A stretch of 64,000 nt of DNA from Methanobacteriota archaeon (lineage in GTDB: Archaea > Halobacteriota > Bog-38 > Methanoflorentales > Methanoflorentaceae), in assembly GCA_963805115.1 (NCBI GenBank), contig CAWDSY010000010.1, positions 51,464 through 115,463 on the forward strand, written 5' to 3'. Position numbers and translations under genes: made by a program. Shown piece after piece: positions 1 through 10,238 of this stretch. Within the stretch, counting starts at the first letter, position 1, and each line of letters begins with the position of its first letter. Below the pieces are notes generated by a model, which was given only the letters and a program-made list of their open reading frames with translations, was not told where the DNA came from and searched no databases.

Positions 1-189
1 ATCACTATCGTCTTTTCGGGCAAGACCACTCTATTTTGGTCACGTTGTCTTAGGCGGCACCACGGAGAAACAAGGGAGGCCGGGTTAGGTTCCTTAGATT
101 TCCCAACGCTCGCTTAACACGCCGTTACTGGGCATCCGCGTCGTCGTAGCACGTCCTGGTCGGCCGCACCCGCAGCGCCGCCGTGGACG

Positions 190-918
190 TTAATAGAGCT
201 CCTGAAAGAGAGCGGTGTGCCTCTCTGGCGCCGTAAGGAACTCGAGAAGGTACGGCTCCTCGATCAGCTCGTACATCGGTTTCCGCTTAACCAGTCCGTA
301 GTCGGGCACCTCAACCGGATAGGCTACCCTGATCTCCGCCACGTCGTGATACGCTCGGTTGTGCAGCAATCGGCCGTTGATGAGCTCATAGTACGCCGCG
401 CCGCGGAGCTTCGCATAGGGCTCATAGAGTGACTCAAACGACCGGCATACCCAGTTGGCCATCTTCAGCGTTCGCTCCGACGGGTTTACAGTCACGTGCC
501 CGTAGTTCGGCGGCACGATGACCTTATCGCCGCGCGTCGCCTTTACGAGAATAACCTCATCGACGCTCTCTTCGTTTCGCGCGCGCTGCAGAAGGTAGTG
601 GGCGTCGCCATCGAGCACCTCGTACACCTCCGGATACGTGTACCGGAGTTTAGGGTTCACGCGCGGGTGATGGTGGCCGTACGTCTTGACGAACTCGAGT
701 CCCATGTTGAACGGAGGGATGATGGTGATGTCGTAGCGCAGCTTATGGTGCGTGATGGTTTCCGCGTCGGTAGGCGTGAGAGAGAGGTCGCGGTACATGA
801 AGTACGCGTCGCGGTCGGCGGCCGTCTCAAACCACGGCGTGTCAAAGGCGACCTCCCGAAGGTCGTGGAGCCGCCGGACGTCGGGTTCAATCAGCTGTCC
901 ACCGAACTTGAGCTTCAT
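190..918 (-). CDS. pgiA: glucose-6-phosphate isomerase, archaeal cupin type
   Basis: Cupin PGI motifs KTYGHHH, PEVYEVLDG, VPPNYGHVTVN; SD GAGGAGGT upstream. Confidence 0.9.
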   Translation of the reverse strand: MKLKFGGQLIEPDVRRLHDLREVAFDTPWFETAADRDAYFMYRDLSLTPTDAETITHHKLRYDITIIPPFNMGLEFVKTYGHHHPRVNPKLRYTYPEVYEVLDGDAHYLLQRARNEESVDEVILVKATRGDKVIVPPNYGHVTVNPSERTLKMANWVCRSFESLYEPYAKLRGAAYYELINGRLLHNRAYHDVAEIRVAYPVEVPDYGLVKRKPMYELIEEPYLLEFLTAPERHTALFQELY

Positions 919-1169
919 GGATACCTACCTCCTCAACCGTGCACTCACCCTCAGTGCTCCCTCAACCGCCTTATCGTTTTTGCAATGGACATCGAGTATC
1001 TGATCGCCGCGGCCGCCTACCGTCTGGGCCCTCAGCTGAAGGATCCGCCGAGCCGCGGCACGCAAGTCTGTGAGCGTTTGGTCGTCACCCACATCCTTTG
1101 ACGTTATAAGCGAGAAGTGCATGTTGACGTTAGGCGTCCGTATCCGCCAAGACGTGCAGAGGTGAGTTC

Positions 1170-2669
1170 ATGCAGGCCATCATACTCGCGGCGAACGATA
1201 ACACGCAGCTACGTCCTTTGACCCTTCGAAAACCGAGCACTTTGATCAAGATTAACGGGATTCCTTTGTTCGAACACCAAATAAGAGGTTTCAATCGTGC
1301 AGGCGTCGAAATGGCTTCCATATCGGTCGTCTCTGGCTATCAGCACGGCCAGGTCAAGCGCTACGTGACGCGCGAGCACCCCGACATACGGCTCGTGAGG
1401 AATCCCGACTATCGTTCCACGGGCGCCATGTATTCGCTGGACCTCGCCCTGCGGCGCGTGTCCCACACCGCCGACGAGGGGCTCTTCATAAGCAGCGGGA
1501 AGTGCGTGTACGACGATGATGCACTCGGACGCGTGTCTCGCGTCGCTGGCAGCGCCATCGCCGTGGATAGCAGCCGTTATGTGGCAGCGTCGACAAAGGT
1601 CATCGCCGAGGACGGAAACGTCGTGCGCATTGGCACCCGTATTCCGAACCACGTGGCCACCGCAGTCGCAACCGGCCTGTGCAAGCTTGATGCTCACGCT
1701 CGCACCGTGCTGCGCGACATCGCGGCAGAGCGCGCCGCTAAAAAAAGAGACACACCGATGGCCGTAGCACTTGACGAGGTGATTCGCCACGCACCGATGA
1801 CGCTCGTCGACATCGCGGGGACGAAGTGGGCCGCCCTGCGTACGATGGACGACGTGCAGACGGCCGACAAGCTGTTCAGTCGTTTTTCATTGTCCGGCAA
1901 GCGATGTTTCGTCCTCGACTTGGACGGGACCGTGTACGTGGGGAACCGGCCGATCCGCGGCACCGTTGCGTTTATCACGAGGCATGCGGACGATCGCGCG
2001 TTCTACTTTGTCACGAATAACACCTCGAAGCTTCCCGATGAGTATCGCGCGCGGCTCAACGAGCTTGGCATACCCGCTGACGCAGAGCACGTCGTCACGC
2101 CGCTTGCGCCTCTTATCACGTACCTGCGCGAGCACACGGTAACGCACGTGTGTCTGCTCGCGAACGCCAGGGTCTCCGCGTACCTACGGGGGGCGCTTCC
2201 CGGGCTCGAGCTGACCGCCGATCCGGAGGCGTGTGAGGCGCTCATCGTGACGTACGACACGGAGCTCACGTACGACAAGCTGCGAGACGCCGCGCTGCTG
2301 CTGCAGCAGAACCCCCGTTTGCCGTTTCTCGCGACGCACGGCGATCTCGTGTGTCCGACCGAGCACGGGTTCGTCCCCGACAGCGGCTGTATCTTGTCGG
2401 TGCTCGAACAGGCAACCGGACGCACGCCGGACACGGTTTTTGGTAAGCCGAACCCGCTCTTGTTGGAGCGCGTGACCGCTCAATACCGCCCGGACCAGAT
2501 GGTCGTCGTCGGCGACCGACTGTACACCGACAGGACGATGGCGCGCAACGTGGGATGCGACTTTATCTGTGTACTAAGCGGCGAGACCACGCGCGAACGG
2601 ATAGACGAACTGGGCGAGGACGAGTTCCCGTCGCTCATCCTGAAGGATCTCGGCGACCTGCTGACGTGA
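1170..2669 (+). CDS. fusion of LicC/IPCT-like nucleotidyltransferase domain and HAD-IIA (NagD-like) phosphatase
   Basis: N-terminus MQAIILAAxxxTQLRPLT..KP; C-terminal DLDGTVY, VTNNTS, GKPNP, VGDRLYTD, VLSGET motifs; SD GAGGTGA. Confidence 0.85.
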   Translation: MQAIILAANDNTQLRPLTLRKPSTLIKINGIPLFEHQIRGFNRAGVEMASISVVSGYQHGQVKRYVTREHPDIRLVRNPDYRSTGAMYSLDLALRRVSHTADEGLFISSGKCVYDDDALGRVSRVAGSAIAVDSSRYVAASTKVIAEDGNVVRIGTRIPNHVATAVATGLCKLDAHARTVLRDIAAERAAKKRDTPMAVALDEVIRHAPMTLVDIAGTKWAALRTMDDVQTADKLFSRFSLSGKRCFVLDLDGTVYVGNRPIRGTVAFITRHADDRAFYFVTNNTSKLPDEYRARLNELGIPADAEHVVTPLAPLITYLREHTVTHVCLLANARVSAYLRGALPGLELTADPEACEALIVTYDTELTYDKLRDAALLLQQNPRLPFLATHGDLVCPTEHGFVPDSGCILSVLEQATGRTPDTVFGKPNPLLLERVTAQYRPDQMVVVGDRLYTDRTMARNVGCDFICVLSGETTRERIDELGEDEFPSLILKDLGDLLT

Positions 2670-2779
2670 GCGCCAACAAAGCGACCCTTTGCTTCCGACT
2701 GAAGGCAGCGTGCCTGAACGCAAACGACGCTCATTCGCGATGCTCTCTCTCGGTGTCTGCGCTGCAGGCGCGTTTTTAG

Positions 2780-3106
2780 GTGGGCGCTGCCTGGCGGTGG
2801 AAGATATATATACATATATTGAACGACTGGCACCTCGCGTGCGTGCGGCGAGGGATTGTTGCGGTAGTGCTCATGTGCGCGTTAGTTGTCCTCGGAGCAT
2901 ACTACCTGGCAAATATCACGCAACACCTCGATTATCCGCGCGAAAGCGAGGTAAGTACGAACTACGCGAAGTACGTCGGGCAGAGCGTCACGATAACAGG
3001 CAGCGTCATCCCGACAGACGCCGGGCCGTTTCAGCTCAAAGGGGTGAAGAGCACTTCTACCATCCGCTCATCGACGGCGGGGCAACAGGTTGCGTATGCG
3101 CTGTAA
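2780..3106 (+). CDS. small membrane-anchored hypothetical protein with OB-fold-like segment, probably truncated
   Basis: TM segment GIVAVVLMCALVVLGAYY then YVGQSVTITGSV; end overlaps the convergent gene. Confidence 0.4.
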   Translation: MGAAWRWKIYIHILNDWHLACVRRGIVAVVLMCALVVLGAYYLANITQHLDYPRESEVSTNYAKYVGQSVTITGSVIPTDAGPFQLKGVKSTSTIRSSTAGQQVAYAL

Positions 3107-5311
3107 CCACCCCAGGTTGGACCCGCGCCGTGCCTCAACGGCCTGTGCCTTAACGGCCTGTGCCTTAACGGCCTGGACTTCTGCAGAGGGGGCTTGGGCT
3201 TTGTAGGTTACGAGCAGCTCCGTGCTGCACCCAGGGCCGTACATGCTGTCGCCCTCAGTGCAGGCTCTAAACACGTGCGTCGATGCGGCGGTTTCACTGA
3301 CGGTGAACAGGTAGTCGCCTGCGGCGTCGGTCGTGGTAGCGCCGACGGGAACCCTTTCGGCAGCGTCCATTTCGTAGAGGGTGAGGGGCACGGCCGCCAA
3401 TCCGGCGCCTTCGGCCGTGAGTCGTCCGGTGATGGTGACGTCGCCCCCGACGACCTGTTGTCGGGAGTCCGCGGCGGCGGTGATAGTGGTGGGCTTGGCG
3501 ACGTAGGTGACGACCATCTTGGCGCTCGCAGAGGGCTCGTAGGCCGCAGTGCCGGGGGAGCGCACCACGTAGGTGTGGTGGCCGGGGACGGTGTCGGTGA
3601 GGGCGAACTGGAAGAAGCCTTCGTCGTCGGTCGTGGCAGCGGCTACGTGAAAGTCTTCGGCGGCGTCCGTCTTGTAAAGGGTGAGGGGCACGGCCGCCAA
3701 TCCGGCGCCTTCGGCCGTGAGTCGTCCGGTGATGGTGACGTCGCGGCCGGTGAACTGATGCGGGGGGGCAGCGGTGGCGGTGATGGTGGCGGCTATGGTG
3801 ACGTAGGTGACGACCATCTTGGCGCTCGCAGAGGGCTCGTAGGCCGCAGTGCCGGGGGAGCGCACCACGTAGGTGTGGTGGCCGGGGACGGTGTCGGTGA
3901 GGGCGAACCGGTAGTCGCCTGCGGCGTTGGTGGTGGCGGTGGATACGGGAACCAACTCTATGACATCATCAGCGTTGTAGAGGGTAACGGGTGCTGCGGC
4001 GACGGGGATGCCGTCGGCGGTGAGCGTTCCGGTGATGGTGACGTCGCGGCCGATGAACTGTTGTCGGGCGGAGGCAGTGGCGGTGATGGTGGTAGGGGTG
4101 GTGACATAGGTGACGACTATCTCGGCGCTTGAGGCGGGCTCGTAGGCCGCAGCGCCAGAGGAGCGCACCCCGTAGGTGTGGTGGCCGGGGACGGTGTCGG
4201 TGAGGGCGAACCGGTAGTCGCCTGCGGCGTTGGTGGTGGCGGTGGATACGGGAACCAGGGGCTCTGTGACGTCATCGATGTTGTAGAGGGTAACGAATGC
4301 TTCGGCGACGGGGATGCCGTCGGCGGTGAGCGTTCCGGTGATGGTGACGTCGCGCCCGATGAACTGCTGCGGGGGGGAGGCGGTGCCGGTGATGGTGGTG
4401 GGGATGGTGACGAAGATGACGGCCATCTCGGCGCTCACGGAGGGCTCGTAGGCCGCGTCGCCCGGATAGGCCGCCTCATAGCGAGACGTGCCTGGCGACG
4501 CTTGTTGAACTTTGAACGCGAAGCCGCCGCTTTCACTGGTGGTCATCTGGCCGACACTGGTCCAGAGTCCGTCGACGTCGCGGTACAGCTTAATCAGGGC
4601 GTTTGCTATCCCGGCGCCGTTGGCGGTAAGCGTTCCGGTGATGGTGATGTCGCGGCCGATGAACTGCTGCGGGGGAGCAGCGCTCGCGGTGATCATCGTG
4701 CGCATTAAGGGCGTGCTGGGACGCCCTTTTGGCGCGTCGTCTTCGGCGACGGGGGTGCCGTCGGCGGTGAGTCGTCCGCTGATGGTGACGTCGTGCCCGA
4801 CGACCTGTTGTCGGGAGGTCGCGGTGGCAGTGGGCGTCGTGGTGGGCTTGGTGACGTAGGTGAGGGCCATCTCGGCGCTCACGGAGGGCTCGTAGGCCGC
4901 GTCGCCCGGATAGGCCGCCTCATAGCGAGACGTGCCTGGCGACGCTTGTTGAACTTTGAACGCGAAGCCGCCGCTTTCACTGGTGGTCATCTGGCCGACA
5001 CTGGTCCAGAGTCCGTCGACGTCGCGGTACAGCTTAATCAGGGCGTTTGCTATCCCGGCGCCGTTGGCGGTAAGCGTTCCGGTGATGGTGATGTCGCGGC
5101 CGATGAACTGCTGCGGGGGAGCAGCGCTCGCGGTGATCATCGTGCGCATTAAGGGCGTGCTGGGACGCCCTTTTGGCGCGTCGCTGCTGCGGGCGCCATC
5201 GATAACGCGGATCCTATCAGAATCAGCACGCCCGTCGCGATCAGCTGAAACATCAGTCGATCGGCCCGTGGTCAAAATGCCATCTGGCCGTTCGTCTTCT
5301 TCACCCGGCAA
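3068..5311 (-). CDS. tandem Ig-like (Big/carboxypeptidase-regulatory-like) repeat protein
   Basis: About six ~100-aa Thr-rich repeats (TITATA..GRDVTITGTLTADG..LY..ATTNAAGDYRF..Y..PGxAAYEPS); GC-rich coding pattern. Confidence 0.85.
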   Translation of the reverse strand: MPGEEDERPDGILTTGRSTDVSADRDGRADSDRIRVIDGARSSDAPKGRPSTPLMRTMITASAAPPQQFIGRDITITGTLTANGAGIANALIKLYRDVDGLWTSVGQMTTSESGGFAFKVQQASPGTSRYEAAYPGDAAYEPSVSAEMALTYVTKPTTTPTATATSRQQVVGHDVTISGRLTADGTPVAEDDAPKGRPSTPLMRTMITASAAPPQQFIGRDITITGTLTANGAGIANALIKLYRDVDGLWTSVGQMTTSESGGFAFKVQQASPGTSRYEAAYPGDAAYEPSVSAEMAVIFVTIPTTITGTASPPQQFIGRDVTITGTLTADGIPVAEAFVTLYNIDDVTEPLVPVSTATTNAAGDYRFALTDTVPGHHTYGVRSSGAAAYEPASSAEIVVTYVTTPTTITATASARQQFIGRDVTITGTLTADGIPVAAAPVTLYNADDVIELVPVSTATTNAAGDYRFALTDTVPGHHTYVVRSPGTAAYEPSASAKMVVTYVTIAATITATAAPPHQFTGRDVTITGRLTAEGAGLAAVPLTLYKTDAAEDFHVAAATTDDEGFFQFALTDTVPGHHTYVVRSPGTAAYEPSASAKMVVTYVAKPTTITAAADSRQQVVGGDVTITGRLTAEGAGLAAVPLTLYEMDAAERVPVGATTTDAAGDYLFTVSETAASTHVFRACTEGDSMYGPGCSTELLVTYKAQAPSAEVQAVKAQAVKAQAVEARRGSNLGWLQRIRNLLPRRR
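3130..3175. repeat. 15-bp tandem repeat x3 (QAVKA) in the Ig-protein C-terminus
   Basis: GTGCCTYAACGGCCT at 3130, 3145, 3160. Confidence 0.9.
4421..5183. repeat. ~319-bp apparently exact direct repeat within the Ig gene (4421-4739 and 4865-5183)
   Basis: Same DNA with 444-bp period; protein block DAPKGRPSTPLMRT...EPSVSAEMA occurs twice. Confidence 0.95.
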
Positions 5312-5477
5312 CTTCCGTCCTCCGCATATTTTAATACCATTATCCAGGTCGCCTCCTCCCGGACCTTGTCACTGGTTCTACGTAGCCGCTGGAATATAAT
5401 ACTACCGTTGAGCGCGATCATCACGTATACTGCTGAGCTACGAGAAAATGGCGCGCTGCTTCGTGCCGGTACGCCGG

Positions 5478-5755
5478 GACCACGCACGAACGGATAGACG
5501 AAGTGAGCAAAAACGAGTTCCCGTCGCTCACCGTGTAGGGTCGTGGAGACCTGCTGACGTGAGCAGTTGGACACGCCGACCCATTGCCGCCGACTGAAGG
5601 CAGCATGCGTGAACGAAAACGACGTAAATTGGAACAGCGCAATTTTTTCTCTCTGCCGTGTGCTCAGCAGTTTTCAGATGCGCCGATGCCCGGCGGCGGA
5701 GAGTACATATCCAACAGACTGACCGCCGCACGCGCCGGAGGATTCGCGGTGGTTC
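5478..5755 (+). repeat. degenerate copy of the HAD gene 3' end and downstream region (2585-2870)
   Basis: Shared collinear blocks GACCACGCxCGAACGGATAGACGAA, CGAGTTCCCGTCGCTCA, GACCTGCTGACGTGAGC, CCGACTGAAGGCAGC. Confidence 0.85.
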
Positions 5756-5775
5756 GTGACCGGCATCGGCCCGCA

Positions 5776-5932
5776 TGGTAGTTTCGGACGTCAGCTCTGA
5801 CATAGTCCTCGCGGTCAGTGTTGAACAGGTCAGCTGCACGCACGCTGTGACCGCGCTTCCGCAGCTCGTTCACCAACTTCGTTCCTATAAATCCGGCGCC
5901 GCCCGTGAAGAGTGTTGTATGCGTCTCTAGCT
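5776..5932 (-). pseudogene. N-terminal fragment of NAD-dependent epimerase/dehydratase
   Basis: Translates to LETHTTLFTGGAGFIGTKLVNELRKRGHSVRAADL...YVRADVRNY (TGGAGFIG Rossmann motif), then similarity stops. Confidence 0.8.
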
Positions 5933-5950
5933 TATCACGTCCAGTGAGCT

Positions 5951-6763
5951 CTATCCAGCCCCATGTTCTTTTTCGACGTGCGTTTTACCGACGTTCTCGT
6001 GCACCTGTTCCAGGCGTCGCCTGCACAAAAAAAGACCGATTTTGACGCCGTCCCTTAGTGATGACAGCTTCGGTTGATCCGCTCGAGCGCGGTACGTGAT
6101 CGGGAGTTCCGCGATGCGCAAGCCGTTCCGCGCGCATTCCGCGAACATATCAGCTTCAATTTCAAAGCCGTGCGCGGCGAGTTCCAAGCGCCGAATCGCG
6201 TCGCTGCGGTACGCCCAGAACCCCGTGCACACGTCGCTGATACGTGCACCAAACAGCACCCACGCGAGGAGCGAGAGGAGAACGTTCCCAACGACGTTCA
6301 GCTTGGTCATTGCCCTCGGCTCAATAGTACCCTTGAGTCGTGACCCGATGACGACGTCGTAGTTCTTGAGCAGGCGTGTCATCTCCGTCGCCATCTCGAT
6401 CGGGTACGTATCGTCCCCGTCAACCACAATCGCGTAGTCGGCACGGATGGACTTAAATGCCGTTCGAATGGCCGATCCTTTTCCTTCCAGCTCTTCGAGC
6501 ATGATCGTAGCACCCTTTTCGACGGCGATCTCCCTCGTGTTGTCGGTGGATTGCCCGTCGATGACGTACACGGCAGTTTCGAGTCCGTTAGTCAGGAAGT
6601 CGGCAACAGGCACGTCGTCGATGACCTTGCCGATTGAGCGTTCCTCGTTTAACGTCGGAATGACGACCGCTACGGTCTCCATCGCCTCGCCTGTTCGCTG
6701 CGGCTCGTTGTCCGTGGGCACCGGCGATTCCCCCCTTTTGTCACGCCTGCTTTGCTCGTCCAT
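5951..6763 (-). CDS. glycosyltransferase family 2, dolichol-phosphate mannosyltransferase-like (start may be near 6682-6721)
   Basis: VVIPTLNEE, IDGQSTDNT, GKGSAIR, VDGDDTYP, DVCTGF, FEIEADM motifs. Confidence 0.9.
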   Translation of the reverse strand: MDEQSRRDKRGESPVPTDNEPQRTGEAMETVAVVIPTLNEERSIGKVIDDVPVADFLTNGLETAVYVIDGQSTDNTREIAVEKGATIMLEELEGKGSAIRTAFKSIRADYAIVVDGDDTYPIEMATEMTRLLKNYDVVIGSRLKGTIEPRAMTKLNVVGNVLLSLLAWVLFGARISDVCTGFWAYRSDAIRRLELAAHGFEIEADMFAECARNGLRIAELPITYRARADQPKLSSLRDGVKIGLFLCRRRLEQVHENVGKTHVEKEHGAG

Positions 6764-6896
6764 TTCTCAGTTCAGTAGCGTCAAAGTGCCCGATCTGTTA
6801 GAAGCCTCGAAACTTAGCTAATTCGAATTACCTAAACGATGCGCGAAAAGTAACTTTCCTAAGTTGCGCTTGATGTAACGTCAAGCATCGTGGCCC

Positions 6897-7004
6897 GTAC
6901 CGCGTATCGCGGCCATCTTGAGCCCGTTCTGCAAGAGGTCGGCAACAGGCACGCCGTCGATGACCTTGCCATAGAGTGTTCCTCGTTTAACGTCGGAATG
7001 ACGA
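6897..7004 (-). pseudogene. degenerate duplicate of the GT2 5' coding region
   Basis: GTCGGCAACAGGCACGxCGTCGATGACCTTGCC...TTCCTCGTTTAACGTCGGAATGACGA matches ~6566-6666. Confidence 0.8.
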
Positions 7005-8194
7005 AAGACACTTGTTCCACCCACAGCCCCCTTCCCAGCGACGTCTAGCTGTGTCATCAGTCTGCGCGATGAAATGATTTCTCTTTACTATGCTAAAGCC
7101 TTGTGACCCTTAAGTATGACGTTTCCTTCTGCGAGTCCGGCGCTTTCTTGTCTCGCTCTGCGCGAGTGGTTTAATGGCTGCGCGGCAAACTCGCAAACAT
7201 TTTCGTTTTCAAACTATAAAAGAGATTCGTGGTTAATTTCGTTCTTTTCGAGCGATTTATGGGCAATATTGCCGAATATCGACAATAGTCATGTTGGCAC
7301 CCTACTCTGTTTCACAGCATTGCAAACTTTCCTCGATATCACTTCGGTCGCATCCCTATATGCATTCAGTCCGCGTAACTAGAAGCACACGCGCTATCCC
7401 CAATCTGCGACGTTGATCCCCGCAAACTTTGTTCTGGTGCGCGTACGAAAGAGTGGGCTCACCCGACTCCCGCCTTCACGCACGTCAGCTCTCGTACGCT
7501 CGCAAATACGAATCTTAAAAAGAATCGAAGAATCGACCGCTACTGGATACAGAGCGCGTGAACGAGGCACGCGCTTCTCTCGCGTCATCATTCCACGAGG
7601 CAGCTCCACAAGAAGATCTTAAATCGACTTTATTTGAACTACTTTGCTCGGGCAGGTTAGCCGAGTTGGCTGGTAATCGTAGGTACTGAGTTACACGCTC
7701 AGTTCGTTTCAATCTCCCACTAACCAGCTCCGCACTCGTCACAGGCGCCTGTGTCAGCGAATGTCCGCAACAGCGGTCAGCTGAGCCAGAGCGTGCGCGC
7801 CCCAGCTGACGCCCGCCGCGTGCGCGGTGCTTTTCGTCGCCTGTGCATCAGGCTCACCTAAGACGAGCCGAAGACGACGCGCTGCTAAGCAAAGAACCGA
7901 AGCGAAGTTTCGCCTACACAGTGATCTTGTTTAACGTCGCGAGTGTGGGCCGCTGAACCTATCTTTACGTCGCGGCAGCCTAAATTCTGCAATAATACGT
8001 TTTTTTCAGTGTGTGTTCGGTCCAGACCGAGCACACGCACTTGCATCAGTGCACGGCGCTCTTAGTTTACGTGCATCGTACGTCAAGCATGCTGCCGCGC
8101 ACCGGCTTCTCGAGCAGTTTCTTCGGTCACGGGCACGGTCACCGCTCATCGTCTATAAACGAGGCTCGCAGAGGTGGCCCTTTTCTCGAATCCC

Positions 8195-8830
8195 TTAGTT
8201 ACCTCTACCGATACGTTCCATGACCCACGCTCTGCGGTAGATGAGGTACCCGATAAGCACCACCACCCCCACGATGACCGCGATATTGAAGTACCTGAAT
8301 AGTCCCCTGATATCCTCCCAGTGAGGGCCGAGCACGACGCCCATGTACGCGAAGGCAAAGCAGAACGGAAGCGACCCCAGCACGGTATACGCAGAGAATC
8401 GCTTCACGTCCATCCGGACGATGCCGGCGGGATATGAAATGAAGGTTCGAACGACGGGAAGCAACCTGCTGATGAACACCGCGCCTTCACCGTACTTTTC
8501 AAACCACTGCTCAGCGCGGTCAAGCTCGCTTGCGCGTATGAGCACGTATTTGCCGTAGCGTTCAAGCAGCGGCCTGCCGCCGTACGCGCCGATAGCGTAG
8601 GCAACGAGGGAGCCAGCGAGGCAGCCGAGCGTACCGGCAAGGGTGACGCCGAGAAGGGTAAGTCGCCCTTCCCAGACGACGTAACCTGCAAAGGGCATGA
8701 TAATCTCGCTCGGCAGCGGGAAGCCTATGCTCTCAAGCGTCATCCCGACGAAAACGCCTACATAGCCGAGCCGCTCGATGACGGTTATGATGAAGTTGCT
8801 GAGCGTCTCAACGATGCTGATGGCGAGCAC
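8195..8830 (-). CDS. DedA family membrane protein
   Basis: LESIGFPLPSEIIMPFAG, YGGRPLLERYG, SRLLPVVRTFISYPAG motifs; SD GGAGGTGA. Confidence 0.92.
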   Translation of the reverse strand: MLAISIVETLSNFIITVIERLGYVGVFVGMTLESIGFPLPSEIIMPFAGYVVWEGRLTLLGVTLAGTLGCLAGSLVAYAIGAYGGRPLLERYGKYVLIRASELDRAEQWFEKYGEGAVFISRLLPVVRTFISYPAGIVRMDVKRFSAYTVLGSLPFCFAFAYMGVVLGPHWEDIRGLFRYFNIAVIVGVVVLIGYLIYRRAWVMERIGRGN

Positions 8831-9721
8831 GCGTCACCTCCTGTCCGGCACGCAGCCAAGCGTCGTGATCCCCCAAACGTTCGCTTTTCTGGCTGCCCTA
8901 ACGTCGGTATACACCGCGATTCCCCACACGAGCGTCTGAGTCGCAGGACGCCTACCGCGCCGCGGCAGGACATCAACGATGGCCGTTATAGCTACGCCGT
9001 ACAGCTGAGCCACGCGGGGGATGATAAGCCTTGCCCACGACGCCGACACGTGCCCCGCCATGAGGTGAAGATGTCGACGAGATAACCGCTGCAGAAGGCG
9101 ACAACGAGGGTTCGTAAAAAAACGCGGAGCGTCGAAGCACATCCGCAGCACGCTATGATGAGCCACTTTGGGTGCGGCGAACTATTAGGCGGTTTGAACG
9201 TATCAAATGACCAGAAGCGAAGTAGCCAGCCGGCTGTTCCGCCGTATAGCCGTAAGCTCCTGCACGTGCATCACGCATCGCGATCCCCGCCGAGGACGCA
9301 TCGCAACGAATCGTTCGTCACGGGCCCCATAGCTGCCACAGCGGAATAACGGGCGAGCAGACGAAGGGCACCAGATGCCTCAGGCGCTGCAGCACTCGCC
9401 GTGTTCTTATTTGCTGTTATTTCTTCATTTAGAGTGCTTGAGTGGCTCGGTTTGCGATTGCGACGGGGGCGCGAACGCGAGCGCACCGTTATGCGTCGTT
9501 TGATGGATCTCAGCATTCGATCCCGCCAGCTCGCGAAACTCACGCGCGGCTAATATGATACAGGGGCGACGGCTTCGCGCTTTGCTATCATATGCGTGCA
9601 GAATGGCTGCGTGGGAGATGGACCGCCCTACAGGCGCATCATCTTTCTGTTTCACGCCGCTGGCTGCAACACGGGTCAGCTACAGCGACGTGCGTGTCGA
9701 CTGAGACGCAGCCGTACTCCA

Positions 9722-9924
9722 CTATCGTCTTCGATCTTCAATGAATAGAAGAACGATGACTATGAGCGGAATAACGATGCCAGCTGCGCGGCTCCAGGAA
9801 AACATAATGTAGGTCAGATACCCGAAGCCAACCACTAAGATAAAAACATAATGTAGGTCAGATACCCGAAGCCAACCACTAAGATAAGTAGTAATATATA
9901 TTCTATGATCCTAAGCGGACTTAT
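9722..9924 (-). pseudogene. small 2-TM membrane protein (52 aa when repaired) disrupted by a 44-bp tandem duplication
   Basis: Removing one copy gives ISPLRIIEYILLLILVVGFGYLTYIMFSWSRAAGIVIPLIVIVLLFIEDRRR; GGAGGTGA lies 4 nt before an ATA codon. Confidence 0.6.
9799..9886. repeat. 44-bp perfect tandem duplication
   Basis: AAAACATAATGTAGGTCAGATACCCGAAGCCAACCACTAAGATA x2. Confidence 0.95.
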
Positions 9925-10238
9925 CTCCTCACCTCCCCGTATTTCGTTCTATCTAACTCACACCTGCCGAGCACTGCTCAACTACGCAAGAAGTGTGCAA
10001 CGACTTAACCGTTGCCTTGGCTTCATCCCGCCGCCGTCTCGACGCTCAGAAGATCGTCCTCGAATTCGACGTGTATCGCGGCGTTGGTCCGGTATCGTGG
10101 ACGGTGTCACGCCTGTTTCATAGGCAAATATCGGTTTATTCACTCGCAGTTAGGTTTGCGCGCAAAAAAAGCGGGCGTACCGAATGAGCCGCAAGATTAA
10201 AGAGCCATCGTCGTGTCACTTGCGTTGAGGATGGCATC

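Noticed and set aside
50-100. AGGCGGCACCACGG resembles a T-box antiterminator motif
   Set aside because: The bulge reads CGGCACC rather than TGGNACC, no convincing antiterminator helix is present, the nearest downstream gene is on the opposite strand, and T-boxes are not established in archaea.
925-1122. 65-aa ORF upstream of pgi
   Set aside because: No recognisable motif or SD; it occupies the divergent promoter region.
3194-5399. Long Gly-rich plus-strand ORFs opposite the Ig gene, and similar antisense ORFs over ilvB, cimA, pntAB and lonB
   Set aside because: Shadow ORFs expected from GC-rich codon bias on the real coding strand.
7440-7499. Hairpin/junction with CGAAA considered as a hammerhead ribozyme
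   Set aside because: No CUGANGA core or correctly placed cleavage triplet on either strand.
9155-9215. ATGATGA as a possible C/D box sRNA
   Set aside because: No properly spaced CTGA D or D' boxes.
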